Shown here one piece after another: positions 45,501-59,560 of a DNA stretch of 64,000 bases (the stretch's first letter is position 1; each line of letters starts with the position of its first letter). The position numbers were made by a program, and so were the translations under genes. The stretch is from Piromyces finnis finn (Eukaryota > Fungi > Neocallimastigomycota), in assembly GCA_002104945.1 (NCBI GenBank), contig MCFH01000001.1, forward strand, positions 1,736,001-1,800,000, given 5' to 3'. A model generated the notes under the pieces. It did no database searches, was not told the DNA's origin, and saw nothing but the letters and a program-made list of their open reading frames with translations.

Positions 45501-47407
45501 GTTTAAAAAAAAATTAAGTTTATTGTATTTTTTTTTTTAATTATTTCTTTATTATCTAAGAGTTATTATGTTTATTTTTATTATATAAATATGTTAAAAT
45601 TAAGTAGTATTAATTAATTGATTTTAATATTAAGCAAAGTAAAATATTAAAAAAAATTACTCAAAATAGTATTAATATTAATTTTTTTTAATTTGAGAAT
45701 TTCTTTTTAAAAATATAGATTTTTCTTAATATTTTTTTAATATATAAATAAAACTTTAATTATTAATAATGAATTTATTATTAAAAAAAAAATCGTAGTA
45801 ATAATATTTTTATAATATGTATATTTTTAAAATCAATAATTTTACCTAAAAAAAAATAAAATAATAAAGCATTTATATATGCTTTTTAACCGGATTTAAA
45901 ATGAAAATATTATATATTTTGAAAAATAGATGATACTAAAAATGTTTAATTATTAAAAGGTTTAAATATATAGATCATTATATATTCTTATAAATGCAAT
46001 ATTAAAGGTAATATTACGGTTATGAATTAATAACTATAGAAATAATGATTACATTATAAAAATAGTTTTGAAATATTTCACAAACCACATATTAAACATA
46101 TTAAATACGTAGTTAATTATTTTAATCCATTTTAAGAAAAACGAAATAAACTTTGATGATATTATTTATAAATAATACCAAAATTAATAATATTTCATAA
46201 AACTTAATGGGTTAGAATAAGTATTAAAAAATATTTTTATAATAAATTAACCAATAGTAAAATGAAACATAAGTAAATTGAAAAATTAAAAGTGGAGAAG
46301 TTAATATAGAAGCAATGACATAAAATGAATAATACATTAACAAACAAAACAATTATTAATTATAACTATATAAATTAATAATAATAATAATATTTTTTAT
46401 TATAATATTTAAATAATTTAAAAGAAAAACAATTATTTTATGTATTTAAAATTATTCAGATAAAATAGTTTTAATATCAAATAAAGTTTTACTAATTATT
46501 AATATTTGAACTGTTTGATGAATGCTTTAAAAATATATATTTCGTGGCTTGTACTATATAGATGTTTAAAATATAAAATTGAAAATTAATTTTCTATTCA
46601 AATTTAATATAAATGTTGTTATTATAATAATTACAAATTTAAAATTGTAGAATTTAATTAAAACATTTTTTAAAAGATATATGAATATGTTGATTATTAA
46701 TAAATTAATATAATACTTTTAGTTATAAAATAAAATAAAAGAAGAAAAAATATTGCGAAGAAAAAGTATTATAAGAAATAAAGTAAAAATAATAATAATA
46801 ATAAATATAATATAAAGAACAATATAAAATAAAAAGAACCAGAAAATTATATTTAATTTTAAACTAAATAATTTCTTAATTATTATTCAAAATATAAATT
46901 AAATTAGAAGAAACAAGAAGAAAAACAAAAAAACAAAAAAAAAAAAAAAAGCAATGCAAAATAAATAAAATAAAAAATAAATAAAAATAAATTTATATTA
47001 ATAATAACATTTTTGAAAAAATAAATAATAGCAGTAGTAATAATAATAATTATAAAAGATATTCAAACTATATAGCATCAATTTTTAAGTAATTTTAATA
47101 GCTTTTTTTTAAGACGATTTCATATTTCTAATATTCAAATTTTTATATAAACTGTAAAATACACAAATAATTAATAAGTACATAATATAATATATTTGAT
47201 AAAAGGAGTAAAAATATAATTTAAAATAAAGGTAAATTTATATATAAGATATTTTATTTATAAAATTATTATAATAAATAATTTTTTTTTTATTTAAATC
47301 TAAGATTTAAAAAGTTATTATAATTTTATATTTTATTTAATTAAAATATTTCCACAAGCGCTATTCTTTATTTAATTATATATAAATAATATTTAAGGTA
47401 TTTAAAA

Positions 47408-49445
47408 ATGAGAGTTAGAACAACTTTATTATTATTGAATTTTATAACTGTTGCTTTTTCTGGAATAACTGATGTGTATGAAGATTTTTTGTCAAAACCT
47501 CAATATCAGTTATATTTTTCAGCAGAGAAATGGGGACCAAAAACTTTGAAAGATAAGGTTAATGTTAATTCAGTATATATTATAAAATTTCTCTAATAAG
47601 ATTTTATTTATATTTATATTTCATATATAATATCTCTTTATTAATAATTATTATAAATATTTCTTTAATATATTTTATACAATAGGAGGAGTCAGGAAAC
47701 ACAATTATAAAATTGCCAGTTAGTAAAGATGGTTTAATTTATGCTTGTGAAATTGAAAAACCTATTGAGATTCCAAAGAATCAATCAGAAGAAGATAATA
47801 AAAAAATGTTTCTTGAAAAAGCATTGGAGAAATTAGAATCAATGAAAGATAATCCATGCATTGTTTTTGTAAATATATCAAATATCAAATTTTAAGAATA
47901 TATTTATTCATTATAATGCACTCTATTTTATTATAATAATTAATAATAATTTTTAAATAATCTTATTATAAAGAATCAAGAATGGTGGAATTATGAATTT
48001 TGTTATAAAAAATATATAACTCAATTCCATGAAGCTAAACCAACAGATCCACCAGAACATAATATGCATTTTTATCTTGGAAAATATCCTACTGAAGAAG
48101 AACTTGAAAATCCAGATTTTGAATATAAAAAAGAAGCATATATTCGTGGTCCATTTGGCAAAAATTATATTACTCAAATGAATATCAATGGATCTCAATG
48201 TGATATAACAGGAAAACCTAGACAAACGGAATTACGTGTAAGTTTTAATTTATTATTCTAAATATATATAATTTGAATATTTATATTAATTTTTAATATT
48301 TTTTGTTGTATAATTTATTATAGTTTTTCTGTGGAGATCGTGAACAAATTACATCTGTTAAAGAAATATCAACATGTAATTATGTAGTTACTGTCAATAC
48401 CCCAAAGATTTGTGATAGTCCAGGCTTTGAAACTAAAAAATCTATAAATTCAATATCTTGTCATCCAATTTATGGTAAATCAAATTTAAATTTAGTATAT
48501 TAAGACTTATTTAGTATATTATAATTATTTATTTATTTATCTATTTTCTTATATATGCTATTATGTTATTTTCTATTTTTTTTTTTTTTTTTTTTTTTTT
48601 CATATTTTCATTATATATTGTTAATACATTTATGATATTAATATTTATTTATTTAAGATCGTGATGAGGAAGTAAATGAATCTAACGAACAACCAGAAAA
48701 TCTTCCATTCCCAGTATTCCGTAGACAGAGGTCAATGGCTGAAATTGAAAAATCGAAAGAGATTCCAAAAAGAATATATAAAAGAAAAGGAAAGAAACGT
48801 ACTGGTGTAACTTTTATTAAAGATAATTCTGAAAACGAAGAAATTAATGAAGATAAGAAAAAAGAAGAAAACGAAGGATTGAGTCAAGAAGAAAAAGATG
48901 CCGAAGAAAAACGTGAATCAATTAAAAAAAGTTTAGAAGATCAATTAGAACAAAAAAGAAATGATTTCTTAGACGCTTTACTTCCTTATGCCAATGAATT
49001 AAAGGATGTTGATGTTGATGACGTTTTAAATAAACTTGCTGATTCTTTAGTTAATGCTATTGATGATAATACTGATGAAAATACAGAGGCTAAAGTAACT
49101 GATTTTGACTTTGAAGTTGTTACCAAGGAAAAACTGAAGTCATGGCTTGAAAAGAATGAAGACAAAATTTCTGGTAGTGATGATATGAAATTTGAAGTAG
49201 TATTACTTGATAAAAATGGCAAAAAGTATGAAGTTTCAAATAGTGATACTGATGTAGATAATATTATGGACTTTTTAAAAGAATTTAGCTCTGAAACAAA
49301 GGGAAATATCAATTTAGCTGAAATAAAAGAAGAATTAAAAAAGAAAGCACAAGAGAAAATAGAAGAATTAAATAGGGAGGAAGAAGCCAAGAAAGAAGAA
49401 GAAAATTCATCAAATCAAGAAAAAATAAATAAAGATGAATTATAG
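47408..49445 (+). CDS. YOS9: OS-9/Yos9-like ER lectin (MRH/PRKCSH domain), ERAD
   Basis: Signal peptide MRVRTTLLLLNFITVAFSG. Exons at about 47408-47559, 47686-47868, 47974-48237, 48324-48474 and 48658-49445. MRH motifs: EWWNYEFCYKKYITQFH, NGSQCDITGKPRQTELRFFC, EISTCNYVVTVNTPKIC. Acidic tail ends in KDEL. Confidence 0.9.
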
Positions 49446-49713
49446 ACTATAAACATTTATACTTTATAGAAATATTGATATATATATTATATATTTAAAA
49501 TAGAGTGCTATATTTATTTTTATTATTATATACTAAATTAAAATATTAATTTATAGCAAATATAAAAAAATAATAAAATTATTATTATAATAATATATAA
49601 TGATAAATATAATCTAAAAATCTAATGTAAAAATTCAAATTTCTTGAATAATATCCTTGTATAACCTATTATGATCAATTTCTTAAAATTATTATTTCAA
49701 AGTATAAAAATAC

Positions 49714-49771
<58 letters not shown>
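49714..49771. repeat. (AAT)n microsatellite followed by a long poly-A tract
   Basis: About 19 AAT units downstream of the OS-9 gene, with a poly-A run at about 49794-49824. Confidence 0.88.
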
Positions 49772-49776
<5 letters not shown>

Positions 49777-49787
49777 GCAAATAAATG

Positions 49788-49825
<38 letters not shown>

Positions 49826-52103
49826 ATTAATATATTAAATTTCGATAATTAAGCAATTATTTAATTTTTTTTATTTATAAAGCAATTATTCAACCAAAGC
49901 AAAAATAACATACATTTAATTTTCATCGTTAAAAGATGAAATAATGAATATATATATGTAATAATTAATAATTAGTTATTACATAGCTATATAATAACTA
50001 ATTATTAATGGTAAAAAAAAGAAAATATAGTTTGATAGAGAAATTAATATACTATTGTATGTAATTTTTTCTTCCTTAAAGACGAAAAAATTGATTATTA
50101 ATATGTATTAAAGTTAATATAATACTAATATACATTTATAATATATATTATATAAATATATAAGTAAAAAAGTTTATTAGGATAAAAATTTAAAAAAACT
50201 GAAAAATCAATCATTTAAAGATTCAACCATCGTATTAGGTTATTTTTAATATTTTAATAAACAAGAGTTATAGTGATTGAATTTTTTTTTAATAATAATA
50301 TTCTTGTATAGTCATTTTTTCCTTATCCATTTTTTATATTAAGTTGTCATAAATTTAAAGTTTTTTAATTTAATTTATTAAAACTTTTACGGCGGCAATT
50401 TTGTTTTTCTATTTATTTATTTGAAAATCAGTATTTTTATATTTATGCAAAATACATTGACATTTTGAACTAAATAATTTTTAGATTTTAAGATAAAATT
50501 AGGAATAAGTTTATTTTTAAAGTTAATATTTATTACTATTCTTTATTTTTATAATTACATACTGGTCACTTTCGAACTAATATATAAAACGTTTTTTTTC
50601 TATCTATTTTATAAATTTTATGAAATGTTAAATTTTTAAATTTTTAATCAATTAGTTATATTAATGTATGTAGTATAACTGAGTAAATTAATATTTAGAT
50701 TTAGAGTGAGCCACATAATTACCCAATAATATTTAGCATTTCTATTTACCGCAAACTTAATTTATATATATATATTTAATTTGGAAATGTTTTCTATAGT
50801 TAGAAATAGAAATCAAGTATTAATATATGTATTATAAAATTTCATTTTTATTGTTATTATATTATTATTAGTATTTCCATAATATTTTCATTGTATATTC
50901 ATTTTATTTTTAGCTAAGCATTCGTTTAACAATGATTATTCATCATTTAAAAGAAAAGAGTTATTTTGGTGATTTTCATTACTGAAATTGTGACTTTATT
51001 TTTCTACCATTTTTTAATTAAATAAATTATTCAATTTTAATTTAATTTTTATAAATATGTAATAAAATTAAATTATATTATGAATTTATTAAATTTAAGG
51101 TATTACAGATATATTATAATATATTATATATCTAAATTATAAATTTAATTTTATTTGCAAATTAAACTAATTTAAATTTTCACTCGTTTAATCAATTATA
51201 ATATTAAATATAAATAAAGAAATGATTCTTTTAATATTATAAATATTGAATTTATAAAATTGTTTATTTGAAATTATGAAAATAAAAACTAGAAATGTTT
51301 ATCAATAATATATTATTATTATTTTTTAATTTGTAATTAAATAATTTTCTTTTTTGAATTATTTGATTCATTATAATTTCATTATTTCAAGGTAACACAA
51401 AATTGTTTTATTTTAATTTATGTCAACATTAATATTAATTAATTTAATATAAATGTTAATATTTCTACAATATTAATAGAAATTAATTGTAATTTTTTTT
51501 TTAAACGGATTTATATAGTTTTTTTTTAAAAATAAAAAAAATTTTTTTTTATTTCCTTTTTTTTTTTTATGATATTATTATATTAAATTCCATTTTAGTT
51601 TATTATTTATTCAATTCACTATATATTAATACTTGATTGTATATATTAAAAAAGCATCTGCTTTTATTATTTATATATTCAAATAATTTTGTGTAAATAT
51701 AATAGAATATATAATATATTTTAATATAAATACATTTATATGTTAATTTAACCATACAAATATCATTGCTTAATAAAAACAATTTTTTTTCTTTTTATTT
51801 TACTTCATTTTTTTTCATTTTTATTTTGTATTATAGTTATTAAATTTTAGAAATTTTAAACCATATTTTGAATATATATAGATATTAATTGTATATCTTC
51901 TTTTTTACTATAATATTATTACAGATATACTGTCCCTGTAATTATATTTAAGAAGAATATATAATACATGTTAAACAGGACTTTTGTACAATAATATAAA
52001 GTGTATATACTTTTAGTAAAAATTATAATTGACAGAAAAAAATTATTGATAAAACTATTATAATAAAAAAATATCGATTATTTGTATAAATAAGAAAATA
52101 AAA

Positions 52104-54532
52104 ATGTTTAATTTAAATATTTTAATATTATGTTTGACAGTACTTTTATGTAAAGTTTTTTCATTCCAAGTTAGAATGCAAACTTTATATATTACAGATG
52201 GTACTGTTAATTCAATTGTTCAAACCATGTTAAATAGTTATGGTATTCCATTCGATGCTATTACTTTACCTATCGAATCTGTTTTTCTTGAAGATGAAAC
52301 AGGTGCTTTATATAATTCTATTGTTATAGAAGGAGCAACTTCTTCAAACTTCCCAGAATCACTTAAAGCTCAAATTGAAGAATATCAAAAGAAATATAGT
52401 ATTAGAGCTGCTTATTTAAACTGTGAACCTGATACTTCAAAAGGTTTTGCTGCTTCATCTCCAGTATCAACTGTTGATGGAGCTAGTTTGACTTCAGAAG
52501 GTATTAGTATGGCTGAAGAACTTCAAATGAAGGGTAAAGATGTCATATTTGAAATTCCAAATTCTTCAACGTAAGTATAAATTTTTATTAATATAATAAT
52601 TTTTTTGAATAAATTTTATATTCGTTTTATTAAATAAAATAAAATTTAATCATGTTTTTAATATCAGTGACTCTGCTGGTGTTGTTACTCCCTCAACACA
52701 TTATTTAGCAACAATTACTGAAAAAGAGAATTTCGTTGAATTTATGAAATATAATAATAATGAAGCATCATGTGCTGGTGCTATTTATAAGAAGGATGGT
52801 GTTTGTAATATGTATCTATTTATTCCATTTATTGATAGTATTGCTGGTTTTTTCACAAGTCACTTCTGGATTAATTGGACTTCTAATGGTATTGTTAATG
52901 GTTTTAGAAGAATTTATTTAGGTGTTCAAGTTGATGATTATTTTGCAGATAATGTTATCAATGCCCTTTTAAATCAAAATCGTACTTATAGAACTACTAT
53001 AGATGATATGAAAGGTATTTCTGATTGGCAAAAAACTATTACTAACCGTATGCCAAAGGGTTCTTTTTACAAAACTGAATTAGCTATTAATAGTATTCCA
53101 ATTTTAGTTGCTGCTGAACATAAACAATACGAAATTAGAAACTGGGAACTTACACCACAAGAAGATGCTTATATTAAACCATTGAATGAAATTGGTGATC
53201 AAAGATGGAGTGGTAATGAAGATACTGATTGGGATCCAGAAGCTTTAAAGAAAGATACATTATATAATTACTTTGCTAAAAATCAAGAAACTCAACAAGA
53301 TTTCTTCTGGCTTACACACACATTTAGTCACGAAAATCTTGATTATGCTTCGAAATTCGATGTTGAAAATGAAATTGGATTAAATATTAAAATGGCTAAT
53401 ACTAATTATTTAGATATGTATGATAAGGACTATTTCTCACAAAATAGTATTGTATGCCCAGAAATTAGTGGTTTACACAATGGACATTGTTTAGAAGCTT
53501 TCCATGAATATAATGTATTCTATGGTGTCGGTGATACTTCTCGTGCTGATATTACAAATATGACTAACCCATATATACCAATGATGACTACAATGGAAAC
53601 TTCAAACTTTGAAGGATTTATGGTTATTCCACGTCAACCAACTCAAGTTTATTGGGATATTGATACTGTCGAAGGTACTGTTGCATATTATAACAACTTC
53701 TATCAAACCAATGCTACTTGGAATGAAATTTTAGATCGTGAAGCATTACATGTTACTAAACTTTTCTTACAATTGAGACATGATCCATATATGTTCCATG
53801 AAGTATATTGATTATAAATTTTTATATATAATAATTATATGTAATATAAATAAAGAGAATAAATTAATTAATATATATTTATATCATAGGGTAATCTTCG
53901 TAATGCTGATTTCCAAGATGTAACAATTAATGGTGCTACTGGACATTATGGTTTATTACAACAATGGGTTGAAAGAATTGTTGAAGAAATTACAAAGTAA
54001 TTAATATTAATGAAATTAAAATATCGTATTATATTAATCAATTGCTAGAACAAGAAATTAATGCATAATTTTAATGATAAATTGTTGAAATAGGTATGTT
54101 GATTGGCCAATTATTTCTTTAAAGATGGATGATCTTGCTCAAACTTATATTAAGAGAATGGACCGTATAAAGTGTAATCCAGAATATAGAATTATTGTAA
54201 ATGAGGATACTAGAGTTGTTCAAAGTATTGAAATTCAAGCTTCTGGAGCTTGTGAAGTTCCATTATTCCTTAGTAAAGGTGGTGAAATTGATAAGTCATC
54301 AGTTGATAGTATTGAACAATTTGGTAATGATCCAAAGACTGCATGGATTAAGCTTAATGGGGCTCCAAAATCAGTAAAGTTTGTTGGAGATCTTTTATGG
54401 GATGGCGATACTCAATCTTTTTGGAGTAAATATCGTTTTATTATACTTGGAATTGTTTTCATTTTATTTGTTTTATTAGTCGTATTATATTTATTTATTA
54501 GTAAAAAGAAGTATGTTTTTGATAAGTTATAA
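52104..54532 (+). CDS. Agd3-like (CE18-type) polysaccharide deacetylase; signal peptide plus C-terminal TM anchor
   Basis: Exons 52104-52570, 52668-53802, 53890-53996 and 54094-54532 are phase-consistent. Motifs as recalled for Aspergillus Agd3: RRIYLGVQVDDYF, metal-binding WLTHTFSHENLD, EISGLHNG, VGDTSR, VIPRQPTQVYW, LRHDPYMFHEGNLRNAD, LLQQWVE, VDWPIISLKMDDL. Hydrophobic anchor FIILGIVFILFVLLVVLYLFI followed by SKKK. Confidence 0.85.
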
Positions 54533-54863
54533 ATTTATATAATATCTACTCTAAGAATGATATTATAATTTAAAAAAAGAGTTTAAAAGAAAAAGGAGAA
54601 ATTTTAATTTTTAATATTTATTTTTCTATTATATCTAATTATTAAAAATATATTTATATAAAGGGAATTATAGATTAAGTTCATTAATGAAAAAAAAAAT
54701 CTTTTCCCTTTTTTATAAATATATTAGTTTTATTTTTATTTAAAAGTATCTTTATTATTATTCTTTTTCCTTTTTTTAAATTATAATTAATTAAATATAT
54801 AGAGTGAAAAATGTTATAATTGTAAATATACTAATAATAAATTTTATTATTATATAATTGTAG

Positions 54864-55267
54864 ACAATCAGGATATATCAAAGGGAACACAAAATAGTCC
54901 ATTTAATGACATTACTAAAGCTAACACAACAACCACTGAAAATACTCCAATTAACCAAAACACAAATAATGAAGGCACTTCAACTAAAGTGATTGCATCC
55001 ATCACTTATAGCGAAAGGAGCCAAGAACCAACTGTTGATATTATAGTACCATCAAATGTACAAATTCAAGAAGCATCTCTCCCAGCACACGTTAAAGTTA
55101 CTCATTCTGATACAATTGATTCACAGGATGCTTCATTCTTTAATGACCCAGATAATATTCCTGTTTTAATTTGGAAATGGGGATGGGATAGTGTTAAAGG
55201 TTATTGGGAAACATGGACATGGGAAAAAGTTAGCAAACCTGTTAAAAGATTTTTAAAAACTAATTGA
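54864..55267 (+). CDS. Orphan ATG-less coding exon (about 134 aa), probably an alternative last exon of the deacetylase gene
   Basis: Open frame 54803-55267 has no in-frame ATG and has coding-like composition. It is preceded by branch-like TACTAAT (54829-54835) and acceptor TTGTAG (ends 54863). Encodes a T/N-rich linker and WKWGWDSVKGYWETWTWEK. Confidence 0.5.
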
Positions 55268-56258
55268 AAAAATTCTTTTAAATTAATTTAAAATTACAAT
55301 TCTATCCTTTGACTTTTAATACTTATGATGATATAATACTGTATAATTTTTATATTATAATATCTTTATTATATCTAAAATTAATACATGAAATTTTTCA
55401 TTAATATATAAACAGTCCTTATTCCTTTAAAAATTATTTTATTTTTAAAGTGGATATGAAATACTATTATTTAAAATATAAATATAAAATAACTAATAAT
55501 AATATTTAAAATTTTATAATTTTTTAAATTTTTTATATATTTTTGTAATTATTAATTATAGTAACTAAAAAATAAAGTTTTATTAAAATAATCTAAATAG
55601 AAAATATTTAATTATATATTTTTAATTTAATATTTTAAGAATTGTCTCCAAGATAGAATCAAAAAAGATATGTTTAGTAATTTATGTAGTGAAGAAATAA
55701 GAATTATGTTGGAAGTTTATTCTATGAAATCCACAATATGAATTATATTCTATTTCATGTTAACTCTCAATAGGATAATCCTATCTAAATTATAATTATT
55801 TGATTCTGTATTATAATATCATTATAATTCTTATCATTTAAATATGTATCTGAATCCGAGTTTAATATATCTTTCTTCCCCAAGTAGAATCAATACTTTA
55901 AATAATAATCTTTGGCAAAAAAAAAAAGTGTATATATTATTGTAAAGTAAACTTTAAAAAAAGTTTTTATTAAAAATATTTAAGTTTTATTTTATCTTTC
56001 TGTTAATCTTTATTAAAAAAAAAAATAAAGTACTTTATTTTTTTTTCCTATTATATATAAATTTTAAAATTAGTTAAAATATTATATATTTTATTTAAGA
56101 AACTAAAAAAAAAATTTAAAATAGTTAAAAAAATAATATTTAATGTTATAGAATATATTTTTCTATATATATAAATCATACATGAAATATTTCAAAAAAA
56201 AAAAAAAAGAAAAAGTTTTTTTTTTTTTTTTTAAATTATTATAAATAAAATAAAGTAA

Positions 56259-58836
56259 ATGTCTAGTAATATAGATTTAGGTAGTAATAATTCTAGTTCA
56301 AATAATGGACTACCACCACCTCATGTTTTAGCACAACTTCCATTGGCAGCAAGAATTGATTTATTATTTACTCCTAACTTATTAGCTGAATCTTTGATAT
56401 TTCTATTTTTTGCAATATATTATATACCATCATTAATATTGTATATAAAATATCGGGAGCATAGATTGATTCGTTACCGACAACCAAAAAATGTTATTAT
56501 AGTGGGTTGTATTTGTAGTGCTATTGGACTTAGTACACCTGTAATGATTTAGTTTTATAACATTTTATATGTAATATAGTATATAAAAAAGAATAATAAA
56601 AATTATTAGAATATAATATAAAGAGTAAATTATAAAAATTGAAAATTTGAAAACTAAAAGATAATTGAATGATTATATCAATTTCATTAATTTAAATAAG
56701 AAATTTACAAAATAAATACAACAAAATTTAATATCAAATAGTTATATATATAGATAAAATATAAAAGTAATTATAATTATAATGCCATTGCCATTATTAA
56801 TACTTTTCTTAAATATTATATATATATATTATAAAATCAAATACTGTTATATTATCAAAGATCATTCGTTATTTCAAATTTATTTGTCTAAGTATGATGA
56901 AAAAATATATATGAAAATAATTTTTAATAGTTAAATATAAAAACATGACATTAATTGCATTATATTACATAATTTAATTTTTAATTTCCAAATATCAAAA
57001 AGTCAACACATGGGTTATTAATACACTGATATTTTCTTTATATATATTGTATGTAAAGTGTTATATATCAAATATAATTATTGGACTTTATATTAAAATT
57101 AATGAATTTTTTAATTTTATAAAAATAATTATAGTACATTTTCAAGATATGTAAGAACCTTTTTTTTGCAAAGACTCAGTATATTTAAATTAAAATTCTC
57201 TGAAAAGAAAAATTCAAATATGGTGAATACATCAGTGAAAACATGTGAAATAAGTACGAAAGAACTTGAAGAAAATGTATCATCAGTAAAAACATCGATA
57301 AAAACAAATTCAGTAAATAAACTTAGTAGTAGTGCTTATTCCAAAGGCACAGGAAATGATAGTTTTAGCGTAATTGATCCAATTACTTATTTCAAAAGAT
57401 TAAATTTAATTATTAATAAGGTATATACTGTTAATAATAATACTTATTAATTTAAATTCTGTAATATATATATATAACTCATTATGTTAAAACCATTATT
57501 ATAATATTTCTAATTTATATTTTTTTAGTATATCACTATATATTTAGTTATTGTTCCACTTCTTTTTTTATTTATATATAGTATTGCCATTACCATTATT
57601 TATTGGGATAAAATGAAAGTAAATTGTGTAAATGAACTAAAGGCTACCAGTATACCGAAATTAATATTAAATATTACTATTATGACAACATCAATTTATT
57701 TCTTTTACCAAGCTTATTGCAAACAAAAATGGGATTTCGAATTTAGATTTGAATATACTTTATTTATTGCTGTTGTTGCTATATGTAATTTTTTTTATGA
57801 CTGAATTTATTTTTTCTTTCTAAAAAAAAAATATAGTTTTTAATAATTAATAATTTTATTATAAAAAGGTCTTACAGTAATGGAATTGACTATTAATGGC
57901 TATACATTTGATTTTATGGTACAATATAGAATTTATATATTCCAATTTTTATCATTAGCACTTCATGCTTCGTGTATTTATGAACCCTTAATTAAAATTT
58001 TACTTGATAACTTTAAAGAAAAAGAAAGCAAGGTTTTATTTTTATTTTTATTATTATAATGTTTAATATTTCAATATATTTTTATTAATCTAAATATCTA
58101 TACATCAATAATAATAAAAAAAAGTTAACCGAGGAAGAATTTTTAATGAAATTTTCAAATTCCAATTTTAAAGCTCAAATTAAAGTATAAATATTCATAT
58201 TTAAAAAAATAATAATAAAAAAAGAAAAATAATAATTTGAACAACTTCTTATTATTTACATATACTCTAGGAAATTGCAACAAATACTTTTTGTATTGAG
58301 AATGTATTATTTTTTGATGCTCATGTAGATTTAATGAATATGGTTATTTCTTATTATTCGAAAAGAAATACTATTGCATCAGCCGATAATAGTAAATCAA
58401 TAAAATAATATAATTATATATTATAAATCTATACACTATAATAAAGAAATTCATCATTTTTTAATTTATATTAATATTATTAGCTGGATATTCAAGTTCT
58501 GATATATTACATAAAAGTACAATTAACCCTGTTCTTTATAAGCCATTTGATAATATTTTCAAATCAAAGTATGAACAAATTTATAACTTATATATTAAAG
58601 AAGACGGTATTGCAGCAGTTAATATTAAATCCTCTACAATTAAAGCCATTGAAGAACAAATGGAAAATGATAATTATTCTTATCTTATGTTTAATCAAGT
58701 AATATATAATTATAATTATAATATTAATATTTATATATTAATACTTTTAATATTTTTGTATTTATAAAATATTTAGGCAGCTGAAGAAATTGGCGAACTT
58801 TTATATAATAATATATATTTAAGAATGAAAAATTAA
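56259..58836 (+). CDS. 7TM-RGS protein (seven-TM region fused to a C-terminal RGS domain), paralog 1
   Basis: About 11 short exons, spliceable in frame. Seven hydrophobic segments are followed by an RGS box: EEEFLMKF...FCIENVLFFDAHVDL...YEQIYNLYIKEDGIAAVNIKSSTIKAIEEQM...MFNQAAEEIGELLYNNIYLRM. Stop at 58834-58836. Confidence 0.82.
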
Positions 58837-59148
58837 TATTATAAAAGGAATTTATAATATTAATTTAAACTTAGTTAATCAATCAATTAATAATTAATTT
58901 TAATTTATTTTTATATATTTATCTGCTTTTTATTAAAAATACTTTAATTATATTGTATTATGTAAATAAAAATGAAAAATGAATAATATTTTGATTATTA
59001 GAAATTTGTGTAAAATCAAATCAAGAAAAATATAAGAATTAATCTTAATATCATGGTTTATTATCAAAAATATTTTTCATTAATAAAAAATATGTATTTA
59101 TTTTATCAATATTAATTACTCTATATTGTATAAAGGTTAATGAATATG

Positions 59149-59187
<39 letters not shown>

Positions 59188-59560
59188 AAAGTATAATAAT
59201 TAAGTCATTTATGTTAGTTTTTTTTTTTTTTTAATGAACTTTAATAATTAATTTAAATAATTGGACTTGGTATTATACAATTTTATATAGATTTTTTTTT
59301 AAATTTTAAAAAGTATAATAAATTCAATTTCTAATATAATAAAACTAATTTTAGTTCTAATAATTATAATATTAGTAATTATGATTATAGAGAAACAAAA
59401 CAAAATTATGATTGATATATTGGTTTATCATTAAAATAAAATTATATTTTTTCTTATGATATTTTGGAACTTTTAGTATTTTAATTTCCACTATCAATAT
59501 TATTTCCTATTATATACATAATTTTTTTTTCTTTTAGAGTTACAAAAAAAAAAAAAAAAA

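Noticed and set aside
49651-49658. ATATCCTT resembling a U12-type AT-AC intron donor
   Set aside because: It lies downstream of the OS-9 stop codon with no flanking exon or U12 branch site. No U12-type intron was found in any gene here.
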